A stretch of DNA of 64,000 nucleotides, taken from the NCBI RefSeq assembly GCF_006345805.1, contig NC_043005.1, positions 67,580,001 to 67,644,000 on the forward strand, in the 5' to 3' direction. Position 1 is the stretch's first letter. The number at the start of each line of letters is the position of its first letter. Shown here in pieces: positions 23,376-37,077 of this stretch. The translations under genes and the position numbers were made by a program. The DNA comes from Octopus sinensis (Eukaryota). Under the pieces are notes generated by a model that saw only the letters and a program-made list of their open reading frames with translations, ran no database searches and had not been told where the DNA came from.

Positions 23376-24199
23376 ATATATATACACACACTTGTGTTAT
23401 AAGATATGGATTCAGACAATCGTGTGGCTAGTCCAGAAAGCTCCCCTTACGGTCCCACCGTACAATCCACATAGTAAATTTAGCATAGCGTAGAGTGTCA
23501 ATCGAGATGAGGAGTTTATAAACTATAAGTCCTAGGATTTATAAGAAGTGAATATATATATTTATTTAACAACGTGACATCCCTAGGTTTACAACCGTTT
23601 CTCAAACTTCTAGAGATAGGGGACATAGAGAATAGTAATCCTAACAATATTTGACCAATGTAAGTGATAATGGAGATATTTATTAGTTCATACTAAAAAT
23701 GTAGCATGATACTTAGTTTTCAAAATCCCACAATTCAACTTAAATATTTATGACAAAAATTCCTACTCTATTACTGAACAATTCAAATAGACAGAGGAGG
23801 TATAAAGAACCGAGATATTCGCTAGATAATTATTTAGGTTACGATGGAAATGTCATTTGATCATTATTAAATAAAAATATTAGGAAAGAGTAGAAGACAG
23901 AGTCACATAACGAGAATTGTAATGTAAAACGTCATATATTATGTACTAAAGAAAATATCCTATTTTAAAAGAATTATTTTCCTTAAAAAATATATATTGA
24001 AAATTTAAATTTTTGTAATATGATTAAGATATATTACGAAAAACGAATTATAATAAAATAATAAAGTAAAAAAATAGGTTAAACAATAAAATATTAATTA
24101 CTAGGTTATTAAAATATAAATTAAAAAGTAATAACAATAATAAAATATAAGCAATTACAGGATTTTAAGAATAAAAGAACAACAACTCCAACATAATAG

Positions 24200-24360
24200 T
24201 ACTTTACTTGGAACTACACGCATACATGATAAAGTACTGTCTATCTAATGTCCTTGTTCTGTCTTGACAGACAGTACAAGACCCCGGTGCACACAATATC
24301 TTCAATCTACAACGCCACAACATTGGATACAGCGCGACGTCTTCAATAGTAGTAGAAGTA
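24200..24360 (+). mobile_element. RLE LINE extreme 3' fragment (third family)
   Basis: High similarity to 13150-13305. Confidence 0.7.
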
Positions 24361-24499
24361 GTCCTTTCTACTAAAGGCACAAGCCCTGAAATTTAGGGAG
24401 AGGGGACTAGTCGATTATGTGGACCTGTGTTTCACTGGTACTTAATTTATCGACTCCGAAATGATGAAAGGCAAAGTCGACCTCGGCAACTGAATAGTA

Positions 24500-24564
<65 letters not shown>

Positions 24565-24659
24565 TAGAAGATTCAGATAACTAAAACAATTAGATAAAAA
24601 TGGTAGATTAAATAGAAATTAGGGTAACTACTAAATAATACGAATTGGATTAAGTATAT

Positions 24660-25060
24660 TGAATATCCTGGACTGAGAATGACAAAACCTGTATATCATG
24701 GTAGTGTGTATAGGGCGAACACGCCTCGGTAAAAATGCTAGATCTTACAGGATTGATGGGTTGAGCGAAGATCTAATCACCCACTCCCGTAAAAATTGAG
24801 TTGATTACAGAAAATGCATCAGTTCAAAACCTGATTGACTCTGGCTAAGCTGTGATCGTGGATGGGATAGCAGCCGAACACCGAATGACGCCTGGCTCAC
24901 AAAGCCCAGCGGCCGGTCAGGTCATTGGCAACGCCAAAACCCACAACCTATATAGGGTGCTGGAACATAAGAACAATCCTTACTGCAGCCAGTGTAACGG
25001 AGAGGTATAAACCAGACGTGCTAGCCTTGAGTGACACCAGATGGAAAGGACCAATGACAG
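24660..25060 (+). mobile_element. RTE-clade LINE 5' fragment (APE endonuclease N-terminus)
   Basis: 24952-25050 encodes IGCWNIRTIL...RYKPDVLALSDTRWKG, matching the APE domain-I motif. The upstream TCCCGTAAAA resembles RTE 5' regions; the left boundary is approximate. Confidence 0.7.
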
Positions 25061-25365
25061 GTAAATGAGACGAAAAGAGTGGTGAATGAGACTAGAACGG
25101 TGGCAGAAAACAGCTGGTTAGAAAGATCGCATCGCGACATTGCGCTCCGTGGTAAGGAGAGAACTAACACTAAACAGTATGCCAGTTACTTGCTGAGGTT
25201 TTAACGGTTCTTCTATGTAAATCTGCAAATCATAACAAAGTCGTTACACTAATATCTATTTCATCTAATTACTTATCGAATTATTTTGGATACCTTAATT
25301 TTCTAATTATTAATAATATTATTATTTTGTAGTCGGTAATATTCTCATTATTATTAGTAGTAGTT

Positions 25366-25620
25366 GTAATATTAGCAGCAGCAGCAGTAGTATTTATAAT
25401 ATTAGCAGCAGCAGTAGTAGTAATATTAGCAGCAGCAGCAGCAGTAGTAATTTTAGCAGCAGCAGTAGCAGTATATTAGCAGCAGCAGTAGTAGTAGTGA
25501 TAGTAGTAGTGGTAATATTAGCAGCAGCAGCAGTTGTTGTTGTTGTTGTTGCAGTTGTAATATTAGCAGCAGCAGCAGCTGTTGTTGTTGTATTGGTGGT
25601 GGTGTAGTGGTGGTGGTTTA
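25366..25620 (+). repeat. Compound minisatellite TAATATTAGCAGCAGCAGCAGTAG-like, about 8 units
   Basis: Recurrent ATATTAGCAGCAGC anchors with variable (CAG)/(TAG)/(TTG) counts. Confidence 0.85.
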
Positions 25621-26343
25621 TTATTATTTTAACTTTTTACAATTCTATAAATAGTTTAATTATTAATATCAATTTTAATATATCTCCACTACTTTTTAAT
25701 TTATTTTTATTTTTTAATATTTCATACTTTATCGCATTTTGCCATCTTTATTGTAATCATGTTACAATTATTTTAAATTTCATTACTCATTCTTCTCAGA
25801 AAAATAATTCTTTTAAAATAGAATATCTTCTCTAGTAAATAGTATATTGGTTATTCACCTCTAGAAATTTCACTAATGACTTTTGTCTTCTACTCGTAGA
25901 TAATATCAATATCTAATAAGACGACAAATTCGCAAAATGGTTAACCCGTTCGTAAATATGCTTAGCGGCAATTCGTCCGTCTTTTCTTCTGAGGTCAAAT
26001 TTGACATTCATCCTTTCAGGGTCGTTAAAATAAGTACCAGTTGAACACTGAAATCGAGGTAATCAACTTATCTCTCCCCTAAAATAGGTGGTTTGTACCA
26101 AAATTCGAAACCAATGTTTATATATAATATTGATCACGTGACATTTCCAACGTAATCTAAATAATTTCCTACAGAATATTTTTCGGCGATCTTTCGATAT
26201 GGGAAATGTTATGTATGGCTTCCGTGATACACACACACGCAGGTTGTTATGTATGTATGTATGTATGTAGGTATGAGTGAATGGCTTCAGGGACACACAC
26301 ACACACATATGCCAACTTCAAAAGAATTTCCCTGATCAAAGCA

Positions 26344-26400
<57 letters not shown>

Positions 26401-28559
26401 TTCGCTTTTACGCCGACTTCAAAAGATCCATTTTCCCTCCAACCCCATATGTAAGAAAATAAATATTTTTGTACGGAAACCGCCGATATTATTCAGAAAA
26501 GTAAAATAAACACACGTGATTTTATAAGTGACAGTTTTGTTACTAGTACCGTAAGATAGCCTACTTTTCTTCTACACACCTCCACTAATTATTTGAATTG
26601 ACCAGTAATAGATTAAGCGGGTAGGGAGTGTTGCCATAAATATTCTTCAGTTTCACGGGTAGGGTTTAAGAAACTAAGTATCATATTTTATTTCTAGTCT
26701 GACCTCTTAAATATTATTCCTAAAGATGTTTGCTACTCTAACCCCTATACTGATGAAATATCGTTAGCTTTACAACTATCTCCCGCAAAATATTCTCTGT
26801 CCTAGGCTTTGTCGTAAAAATATAATGATGAACAAAATCTTCGGTACTGCTACCAACGCCATCTTTATGAATTACCCTAATGCTTTCTTTATAATTTTAT
26901 TTAATCTTCATTGACTAATGCAATCTTTGTCAATAGAAACCAGATGCAAGCAAAATTTTCCTACATCTTTTGGTGGAGCTAATCCATCAATGCGGATTGC
27001 ATGTATAAGAGAAAAACCTTCAAAGTTTGTCCGTAATGCAAGGTCTGGTTAAATAGTTGCGTTTCGAAAGTGGGATGAATCGGATTTCTACGATTAAGGG
27101 GAACTCAATGAAAATGCACATAGCCATATCTGCGCAGTGCTCTGCAACGATGCTTAGACTGCTTTGAGTTCTCAGAGTCTCAACAAGGATTAACTGACAT
27201 TTTAAATGGCAGTTTAACAAGAAAATTCAAAGAGTGATGTTGCAAATATGGCCTTTCCAAAATTCTTATAGCCATTCTAAATGCATAAAATCACGAAATA
27301 CCCTTAGGAAAGGTGAGGAAAAAAGAATAAGAATTATGTGCGAACAAATTCCTGTGGGAGTGGCTTAGTCACCTGCCACGATTTACACTAATTAGTTTGC
27401 ATTAGTCATCAACTACCTTAAACATTGCGGATGCTGGAGAGTCAAATTGTAAAACAACACGCTACATGATGCGATAGATTTCTATGAATCCTATTGATCT
27501 TACTTGTCAGGCAATAGTTTTAACATATGAAAGCAATGAAGTAGGAAAAAAAGTTACTTTGATGTCAATAATAAATATAGAAATGAAAGTGGTTGTAGAT
27601 GCCCTGCAGAATAAATGGGCTGACCTGAGACATATAATCCATCGAGGCAAGCGAGATATAGTGATGAAAGAAATTTGGAAATTCGCTAGCTTAAGAAAGA
27701 GGAACATGCAAGTTAGGAGTAGCAGTGAGAAGCCAATGAGCATGCGTAGTATTACATGGAAGAGGGGTGAGCAAAGAAGCTATGAGGCTTCTATTTCTCC
27801 TAAGAGAGAAGTACATGTTTCTTTTACCGAGAAACATTAAGTGTTTGAGACTGTTTAACACTGTTCATTATCAGCGGAGAGGAAGCCGTATATCATCATT
27901 AAGTATATCCAAGCAGCATGAAAGCCAGTAGATGTTTGGCAGTATAATCGAGTGTTGAATAGTCTTACTGGTGCGCTAAAATAGCAATACAGCAACATCA
28001 ATATGATGAGAATCAACCTCAACTGCACCCATTTGTTTTCCACGAACAGGATGAAAACAAGCAACACAGATCAGTGAACAAATGAAAGTCAAGAATCAGA
28101 CTGATCAACAGAGTTAATGACTGAAAAGTGTAAGCAACTTTGAAGAAAATGCTTGTATTCTAATACTATATTAGAATAGCGAAGAAACGCCTTGATGTTA
28201 TGGCATACTGTGAATCGACAAAAAGTGCGTAACTATTGCGCTACGGATATCTTAAGAACATAACGTCAAGCAGATATATGATAATATGAAAGGAAAAGTA
28301 AAATATGAAAGGAAAAGTATGAAAGGACAAGATGCCGTGTGAAGCACAGCATTACCAGTGTCAGTGATATTAGTCCGTAGCATAAGATCAGAGTGTGACT
28401 TCGTTTATCTGCGATGCCTTTAAAACACAAGCGTTTCCTTCAAATTTTGTCACACATTTCAATAACTTGCATCATTCAGAAGTTTACGTCTCAGCTTCTC
28501 TTACAGTGTCCGTTTTTGCCCTCCTTGTAAAAATAAGTAAAACAACGGCAAAGATTGTC

Positions 28560-29260
28560 AAGAGTTGGTAGAGTGAAACACAATGTCTTACATAGCATGA
28601 AATATACTTAAGACTAGCTATTCTGAGCCGTGCTTCGCTCGGGTTTTGGTGGTGGTGTTGTTTTGTGCGTGTTGTCTCCTTTTCCTTTTCTTCTTTTGTT
28701 CGACTTATTTGCCTGGTTCTTTTTATTGCCCTCTTCTTTACTCCTCCTTTCCAAAACCCCCAAAGTTTTACACCCACAATTAAAGATAGCCGCCTCTAGC
28801 CCCTGCAGCAACACGAAAAGCCACCATTCTTCAAACAGCACAACCTGTCTATCCCATAAAATTCAATTTTTCCCATATTCCTCACCACGGCAACCAAACG
28901 GTAGCCCCGAGCGACTTGCAACCCTACTCACACCATTGCCCACCCCATTTTACTCTCCAGTGTAAATTTTGGCGCCAATCCGACTCCATCAAACCGTTCC
29001 CATCCGAAAATGAGACAAATAACCAAGAAATCAAACAACTTTTTCGCATTTCAGCTATATAGATATTGATGAATAACAGGGCGATGATTCATGAGCTGCC
29101 GAAGGAAGCGGAGAATTCTTCCTCCTATACATTTGAGAAAAGAGAAAACCTGGGAGCAAACCACTCACAGACAAGTAAAACGAGTTAAATTAGTAAACAA
29201 AGTAGCCGCTACCTTGTGGTGATTGTATTGATAACAGTTGTGATGATTGTATTGATAACA
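28560..29260. promoter_or_regulatory. Possible promoter or 5'-UTR-like region
   Basis: Unique sequence, relatively rich in GC and CpG, strand-asymmetric; minus-strand donor-like CT|GTAAGA near 28507. Weak evidence only. Confidence 0.25.
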
Positions 29261-29656
29261 GTAAAGCAAATTAGGTGGAATGAACTGCAAATAATCCTCA
29301 TAACCGCAATAGTTCTCACCCCCGTGGAGAGAACGATATTAAAATAATCTACTGAAATTATTGCGATCTACAGTTGATTTCTGATTAAAGTAATATCCCA
29401 CTGTGCACATTGTGATATATAATATAGAAAAAATGATATTATAATTGAATATAATTGTCTATTAAAAAGTTCCAAACACCTGATCACTAATAATGCTTTA
29501 TATGTATCTCTATAGATGTATCTTTGTGTAAGTTACAATATAAATATATACATTTACATATTTATATATACATATGTGTGTGTATGCAAGCGTGTTTGTG
29601 TGGATGTATATATAAGCATACATAAGTATATGCGTGTATAGCTATTTCAGTATACG

Positions 29657-29744
<88 letters not shown>

Positions 29745-30487
29745 CACCTATATATATATATATATATATATATATCCATTTATATATGCATATATATATA
29801 TATATCCATCTATATATATATATATATCCATCTATATATATATATATATATGTGTGTGTGTGATATATGCATAGGTATATGTATATATATATATATATAT
29901 GTATGTATATGTATATATATATATGCATATGTGCATATGTGTATATAACAAGGGCGGTGCCCCAGCATGGCCTCAGCCGGATGGCTGAAACAAGTAAAAG
30001 AGTAAAAGAGTAAAAGAGTATATTGTATGTATATATGTATATATATATGTGTGTGTGTGTACATGTATAATATATATATATATATATATATATGTCGTCG
30101 TCGTCGTTGTGGTTGTTGTTGTTATTGTTATTGATATTGTTATTATTATTATTATTATTATTATATTATTATATTATTATTATTATTATTATTATTGTTA
30201 TTGTTATAGAAATGATTGCAGTCTTCTTTCGGGGCATAATTGTGTTTTAGAACAAGAAAAGTTAAAAACGTCTTCACACAGAGGTTCTCTCAAAGGTGTT
30301 ATATACTTTGTATACTTATAATCTACTCACATACTTTGTATATTTCTTTGGCATATTAATGTTTAAATTTGGCAAAACTTAGCATAATCAAAATTAAATA
30401 TAATATAATGCACATGTGCGCGTATAGTATATGAGTCTATGCGTATGCAGACATACCTGTATTTCTCTTTCTATCTCTCTTCCTCTA

Positions 30488-30530
<43 letters not shown>

Positions 30531-30638
30531 TATATATAATATATATATATACGTGTATAACCTGACTGTCTATACACAGACAGAGATGCTAAACAAAATA
30601 ATACCAGTTGCCAAGCGGTGGTGACGGACTAACTCAAC

Positions 30639-30703
<65 letters not shown>

Positions 30704-30836
30704 TATATACATAAACCTACGTACATACATGCATGCGTGCCTCCAGGCATACGTGCATGCATGCATACATATATATATATATATACATTGAAATAATTTT
30801 CTTTAGCCCTCATATATATGTGTGTATATATATATA

Positions 30837-30867
<31 letters not shown>

Positions 30868-30905
30868 CATATGTATATATATATATTTATTTATACACAC
30901 ATACA

Positions 30906-30943
<38 letters not shown>

Positions 30944-30951
<8 letters not shown>

Positions 30952-31190
30952 ATGTTACATTACTCGGTAGTCAAGATAAAACTCTGAGTTTCAGATGCCG
31001 AAGTGGAATCCACAACACCATCTCTTCGGTGAGATAACCGAAGAGATGGTGTTGTGGATTTCCACTTCGGCATCTGAAACTCAGAGTTTTATCTTGACTA
31101 CCGAGTAATGTAACATATTGTATAGATAAATTTCCTCTATTTACATAATATTGAGGTCTCTTTCTTTCATTTGTTATCTTACCGTTTTAT

Positions 31191-31195
<5 letters not shown>
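30944..31195 (+). mobile_element. HHR-bearing repeat with an 87-bp fold-back palindrome
   Basis: Arms 30944-31030 and 31037-31124, 6-nt loop GAGATA, one 1-nt indel; homologous to 14890-15060. Confidence 0.65.
31031..31095 (+). ncRNA. Type I hammerhead-like motif
   Basis: gagataa-CCGAAGA-GATG..GTGG(attt)CCAC..CATC-t-GAAA-CTC(a)GAG-TT/ttatctt. Stem I is 7 bp; U4 is C here but canonical CTGAAGA in the 15 kb copy. Confidence 0.6.
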
Positions 31196-31246
<51 letters not shown>

Positions 31247-31618
31247 TATATATACATACATATATGTATATATATTACATATATATGTATATATGCGCTT
31301 GAAATTCGTTGTACGTTCACGCTGTTGCGAATACACGTTACAGTGTAGCATCTTGGTCAAATGATATTTTGTATTGCCCTTGGTCAACCCATAACTTGTG
31401 AGTGTAACTGAGCAAACAGTAACTCTATAAAAGACCGTTGGACAGATTGTACCTGTAATTCACACGGTATAGATTTTCACACATTGTGTAGAAATAGTTA
31501 TACTCAAGAATTACGTTAAAGCTTCACGTGTCTATAGAAGGCTTACATGTTCATTGAGAAAAAGTTAATTCAATTGATCAAACTGCCGACAAACAGAATT
31601 AAACATATACACATATAC

Positions 31619-32026
31619 ACAGGCACACGTATGGCTGTGTGATAACAAGCTTGCTTCCCAACAACTTGGTTCCGGGTTCAGTCCCACTGCGTGGCACCTT
31701 GGACAAGTGTCTTCTACTATAGCCTCTGGCTGACTAGAGCTTTGTGAGTGGATTTGGTAGATGGAAACTGAAAGAAGCCCCTCATACATATGTATATATA
31801 TATGTGTGTATGTGTGTGTTTGTGTGTGTTGTCCCGTCCCCACATCGCTTGACAACCGATTTTGGGGTGTTTACCTCCCCCTAAAACAGCGGTTCGGCCA
31901 AAATGGCCGATAAATTAAGTACTAAGCTTACAAACAATAAGTCTTGGGGTCGATTCGTTCGACTAAAAGCGGTGCTCCAGCTTGGCTGCAGTCAAATGAT
32001 CGAAACAAGTAAAAGGGTAAAAGGGT
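31619..32026 (+). mobile_element. SINE family A
   Basis: A/B boxes, GGCACCTTGGACAAGTG CORE-like block, tail. Confidence 0.85.
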
Positions 32027-32433
32027 ACTGACACTCCAAATATTTTCCACCAGAGATAGATGCACCAGAAATAGATGCACATATTTGGGTGTATGCATCG
32101 ACAGTCCCAACATAACACCAACTTAACTACATATTTACAAACTGCGGGAACTCAAGTCAAAAAGTCTTGTTTTGTTAGCGACCGGCTTGAGCTCTCTCAA
32201 AGACTTAACAAAACTCAAAGAAAAAATCATACATATATCATACATATATCATACATACATACATAAATACTGATGTGTCGGTGAGGCGACAGAAGGCGTT
32301 TGGAGTCTCGTGTAGCAGTAGTCGAAGTATGTTGCTTTACCTCCGCTTCGTTAGATCATATATTTCATATATTCATACGCAAGGATATAGAACGAACGAA
32401 CATACATACATACATACATACGCGCGCACACAC

Positions 32434-32478
<45 letters not shown>

Positions 32479-33212
32479 AACAAACAAACAGAATGTGTCC
32501 TGAATATATTTAACAGAAGTTATCCATTCGCTAAATCGAAGCAGAAATTTTACTTTCTCGCTACCTCAAGTTTTATCAGTTTGTAGTTGAATGATTTTAC
32601 AAGAGGCTTACTTTCATGTTTACATTTCATCAGTACATTGTATAGTTTCTTCACTATCACAAACAATAAAAAATAATTTTTTTTCTATATTTCTTCATCA
32701 AGTAGAAGAGACATCTTTATTTCGTCCGTTGGTGATTGCAGTTTTGACAATGAATCAAAATCCTACAGCACTATTTATCCATTCTCCTTTATTCTCTGGG
32801 CGTAAATAGATATCAAGATTAGAAAAATATTACGATTTCATTACTTTCCCAGTTGAGATGATTGCGTAAGCTAGTTCTGCCTATTTTTAAACGTGCTTTT
32901 TGTTAAACCATTGTTGTTGAAATATTATAACGCTTCGTTTTAACATTTTAGCTCCAGTGCTAAAGTGTTAATTGGACATACGTCTTTCAGTGAACATGTA
33001 TTTGACTCACAGCTATCTATATCAGATCCTGGATTCGAGTTACTATTACATATTAATTATTTGTATTTAATGCTTTGTGTGTAGTGAGTCGTTGCAGGTG
33101 TGTGAATATCAAATTATGCGTACTAAATTTAGTTAACTAATTTGTGAGTTATTTTCAACAGCACCTTGATACTGGAATGACCTGACTCCCAGTTACATAC
33201 ACACACATATAG

Positions 33213-34464
33213 ACATGTATGCGGTTTTTTTTAATTGCCCGAACTAAAAATCAGAATTGGGTGGGATAAACTACCTGCAGCAATGTGCTATAAAAGCAGG
33301 TAGCAATTTTACTTTGTACTTATTCTTAGTTCAAGTTTTGAAAAGTGCAGTTCAATTTTAAGTTATTTTTTCAAAGCTATACTAGAAGTGACAAAGGAGC
33401 ATATTCGGCATATTTAGCTTTATGAGTTCAATAAAGGCAACAACGTAAGGGAAAGTGCGAGGAATATTAATGCAGTATATGAGGACCGGACAATAAGCGT
33501 AAGCCAGTGTCAATGGTGGATCCAGAAATTCCGAGCCGGAGACTACAGCCTAAAAGATGAGTCTCATCCTGGAAGATCTATAAAGCTCGACGAGGACGTC
33601 CTGCAATCCCGGGTGCAACAAAATCGTAACTGTTGAGGAACAGGCAGAGATGCTTGGATTTCGTCATTCAACTATTCATTGACACCTGTGTGCCATCGGA
33701 AAGGTCAGAAAATTGGGTCAATGTATTCCTCACAAACTTTCCTAGTCTAATCGCGCGCAGAGAGTGAATATGTGCTCTTCTTTGCTGCCAGGTTTCACGA
33801 ATAAACCATTTTTGAACCGAATAGTGTCTGGTGACGAGAAGTGGGTTCTCTATAAAAATGTCAAACGCCGTAGACAGTGGGTAGGGAAAGGGGAAACACC
33901 GACATCCCAGGCTAAAGAAGGTCTTCACACACGTAAGGTGTTGCTATCTGTTTAGTGGGACATATGAAAGCTTTATTCCACTTTGAACTTTTAAACCCAA
34001 GCCAAAATATAACAAAGGAAATCTTCTGCGAACGTTTCGAGCGACTTCAGTCAGCGCTAGAAGAAGAACAACCATCTTTGGTTTCAAGACGAAGGGTGTT
34101 CTTCCATCAAGATAATGCTTGGCTACATACAGCGAGGATGACACTCCAAAGGCTGGAGCAGTTTGAATGGGAACCAATGCCCCACCCACCATATTCGCCG
34201 CACATTGCCCCATCTGATTATCATGTACTTCGCAGTCTTCAAATCATCTGGCCGGAAAAAATATGTATTCCATAGACAAGGTTAGAAGTTTCGTCACTGA
34301 CAAGTGAATTTTGGAAGAGAGGCCTTGAAAATCTACCAGATAGATGGAAAAGCATTGTAGAAAATGAAGGAGCGTATATTTTAGATTAAGAAAAAAATGT
34401 GTTTACTTTAATTTTGAAAAATAAAAGAAATATAAAAAACCGCATTATTTACGGAATGACCCTG
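33213..34464 (+). mobile_element. Degenerate mariner transposon (second family)
   Basis: EHIRHI..YEFNKG, IVSGDEKWVLY, FHQDNA, HPPYSPHIAPSDYH motifs with stops and frameshifts. Right TIR ends ...GGAATGACCCTG-TA; left TIR eroded. Confidence 0.85.
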
Positions 34465-34466
34465 TA

Positions 34467-34507
<41 letters not shown>

Positions 34508-34517
34508 TATATATATA

Positions 34518-34900
34518 TCTTATTATAAAAGGCAGATTTTATCTGCCTCCCTTTGGGAGTTATACAAATCTACAATATAGGATTTCTTCAATTACAATTT
34601 ACCTAGCATTTTTGAGAGTACAATGCATCGCGTCATGCCAGGTCCAGTTTTTAAAATTTAAACTCCAATTAAGCAAATTTACAGAAAACTCACATTCTGG
34701 TGTGTGTGTCAAATGCTTTTCTTAGTCTGGTTTACACCACACGCAAACGCACACACACAGTGGGCAACGAATAAAATGAAAGTAAATAGCGACAGAGTGA
34801 TTTGAGGAAGACTAAAGTGAAAGTATTCTGTCTATGACGCTGATAGATACATGAGTAAAATGTATGGGAAGCTAAGAGCTAAGAGTGTGTGAAAATGTTC
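34518..34900 (+). mobile_element. Helitron-like 5' fragment
   Basis: A|TCTTATTATAAAAGGCAG start; 3' end not found, so the extent is approximate. Confidence 0.4.
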
Positions 34901-35343
34901 TTGGAAGAGAGTAATTAGTAATAAAGTAAACATACACTCATACATACATCCATACATACATACATACATACATACATACACACACACAATACATACACAC
35001 ACACATACATACACACACACATACATACATACACCATACATACATACATACATACATATACATCCATACATATACATACATACATACACACACACACACA
35101 TACACACACACACAGTATTGAAGCTTGAGAACAATCAGATACATTTGCAACACATCTGTTGAAAAATAATTATGTCACACACATACATATACATATATAC
35201 ATACAGACAGACAGATAGACACACACACACAACACACACACACCACACACATAGCCAGAATGGCCACACATGATCCACGCTGGCCACAACCTCAAGGCTG
35301 AACATATAAAAGAATAACAGAATATAAATGTGTGCAAAGTACA

Positions 35344-35688
35344 AGAAATATTAATGCAGTATATGGGGATTGGACAATAAGCGTAAGCAGCATGTCAATG
35401 GTGGTTCCAGAAATCCCGAGCCATAAACTACAGCCTAGAAGACGAGCCTCATCCTGAAAGATCTGTAGAACTCGACAAGGACATCCTGAAAACCCTGGTG
35501 GAACAAAATCTCATCGTAACTGTTGAGGAACTAGCAGAGAAGCTTGGATTTGGTCATTCAACCATTCATTGACACCTGTGTGCTATCGGAAAAGTCAGCA
35601 AATTGGGTCAATGGGTTCCTCACGAACTTTCCGAGTCTAATTGCATGCAGAGAGTGAATGTATGCTTTTCTTTGCTGTCACATCTCAC
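35344..35688 (+). mobile_element. Mariner transposase N-terminal fragment (same family as 33.4 kb)
   Basis: Aligns by eye to about 33465-33800, including GQWVPHEL. Confidence 0.85.
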
Positions 35689-35707
35689 CACTACTGCGCT
35701 ATGTATA

Positions 35708-36343
35708 TCTATATATATAAAACTGTAGTTGTGTGAGTGTCTGTCCCCTTCGATTTAGATTCCTAACTCCTCCCACATTTTGCGGTGCAGTTTAACCAAA
35801 TTCGGGTAGCTTATAGTCGTGATTCATATCGAGCCCGTCTGAGTATTAGCGCGCGTCTACGATGAGTCTACGATTTCAAAAATAATTTAACATCATTTTT
35901 ATTCCATTTTAATGCATAATTTTTCGTGTGTCGATGGCGGCGGAGTTGGCGTCCACGCTCACACCTGCACCTGTGGGGAAGGGAGTGTAAGGAAATCAAC
36001 GTCGTAATGCGTTGTCAAGGAGACCAGCGTTCTTTTAGAACAACGACTTCATGGCTTGAAGACACCAAAACAGAAATGGCTAAGAAAGCGTCTACATGAG
36101 TCTACGATTTAAAAAAAAATTTACCATCGTTTTTTTTCCATTTTAATGCATTTTTTCGCTATTATATAAGGGAAGTAACTCTCTAAAAATGTCTACGATG
36201 AGTCAACGATTTTTAAAAAATTTTACCATCATATTTTTTCCATTTTTAATGCATTTTTTGCTATTTTTTTGCTATAACTCTCTAAAAATGCTTATATAGT
36301 TATTTCCCTTACAAACCCGAGCAACGCCGGGCGATACTGCTAG
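35708..36343 (+). mobile_element. Non-autonomous Helitron
   Basis: A|TCTATATATATAAAA 5' end; CCCGAGCAACGCCGGG hairpin 8 nt before CTAG|T; no TSD. Confidence 0.85.
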
Positions 36344-36379
36344 TATATATATATATATGTGTGTGTGTATATGTATATG

Positions 36380-36615
36380 TGGAGGCGCAATGGCCCAGTG
36401 GTTAGGCTAGTGGACGCGTGGTCGTAGGATCGCAGTTTCGATTCCCAAACCGGGCGATGTGGGTGTTTATTGAGCAAAACACCTAAATCTCCACGAGGCA
36501 CCGGCACCGGCAGGGGGTAGTAGCGAACCTTGGTGTACGTTTTCACCACAACTTTTTCTCACTCTTTCTTCCTGTTTCTATTGTACTTCTATTTCAAAGA
36601 GCCAGCTTTGTCACA
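36380..36615 (+). mobile_element. tRNA-derived SINE family B
   Basis: GGAGGCGCAATGGCCCAGTGGTTAG A-box and GTTTCGATTCC B-box; related heads at 9204-9280, 55290-55360 and 56217-56527. Confidence 0.8.
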
Positions 36616-37077
36616 TTATTTGTTTGCTCCTCTTGCTCTATCCCTCTCTCTCTTTTCCTCTCTTTCTCTCCCTCTTACCCCGCTCTCTCTCTCCCTCGCT
36701 CTTATTTTTCTTTCAAAGATTGTAATCATGTGCTGCTGTTGTTCAATGCCGTAGTCACGTAGAAATTTTGATTATAGTCCAAACATTTTTGGTAGGAATA
36801 CAAAATATAAACTACTCCCACATGTACATGTACAGAAATGGAAGCTATTTTGGACAATCAACAAAACGAAATAAAATTGGACAAGAAAAACAGAAATGAA
36901 TGTAGGGTGACCAAGAAGCCTATATACTCCAGTAGCTTTTTATTTTATAAAGCTAACGTTACGTTTTCCATTAAGTGCGCATGACCTTAGCTGAGGCCAT
37001 TTTTAAAAAATATTAATACTGACAGAATTTGAAGCCAGCACTGCAATCCTTTGGGAAAAAGTTGCCTGATATAGCCA

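Noticed and set aside
24660-24780. HDV-like ribozyme expected at an RTE 5' end
   Set aside because: I could not build the nested double-pseudoknot pairings by eye.
26748-26790. Isolated CTGATGA words (also 2432 -, 6702 -, 39284, 57689)
   Set aside because: No stem II/GAAA/UH arrangement follows, so these are chance heptamers.
36380-36455. tRNA-like A/B boxes here and at other SINE heads
   Set aside because: They continue into SINE bodies and lack a complete cloverleaf; they are not tRNA genes.
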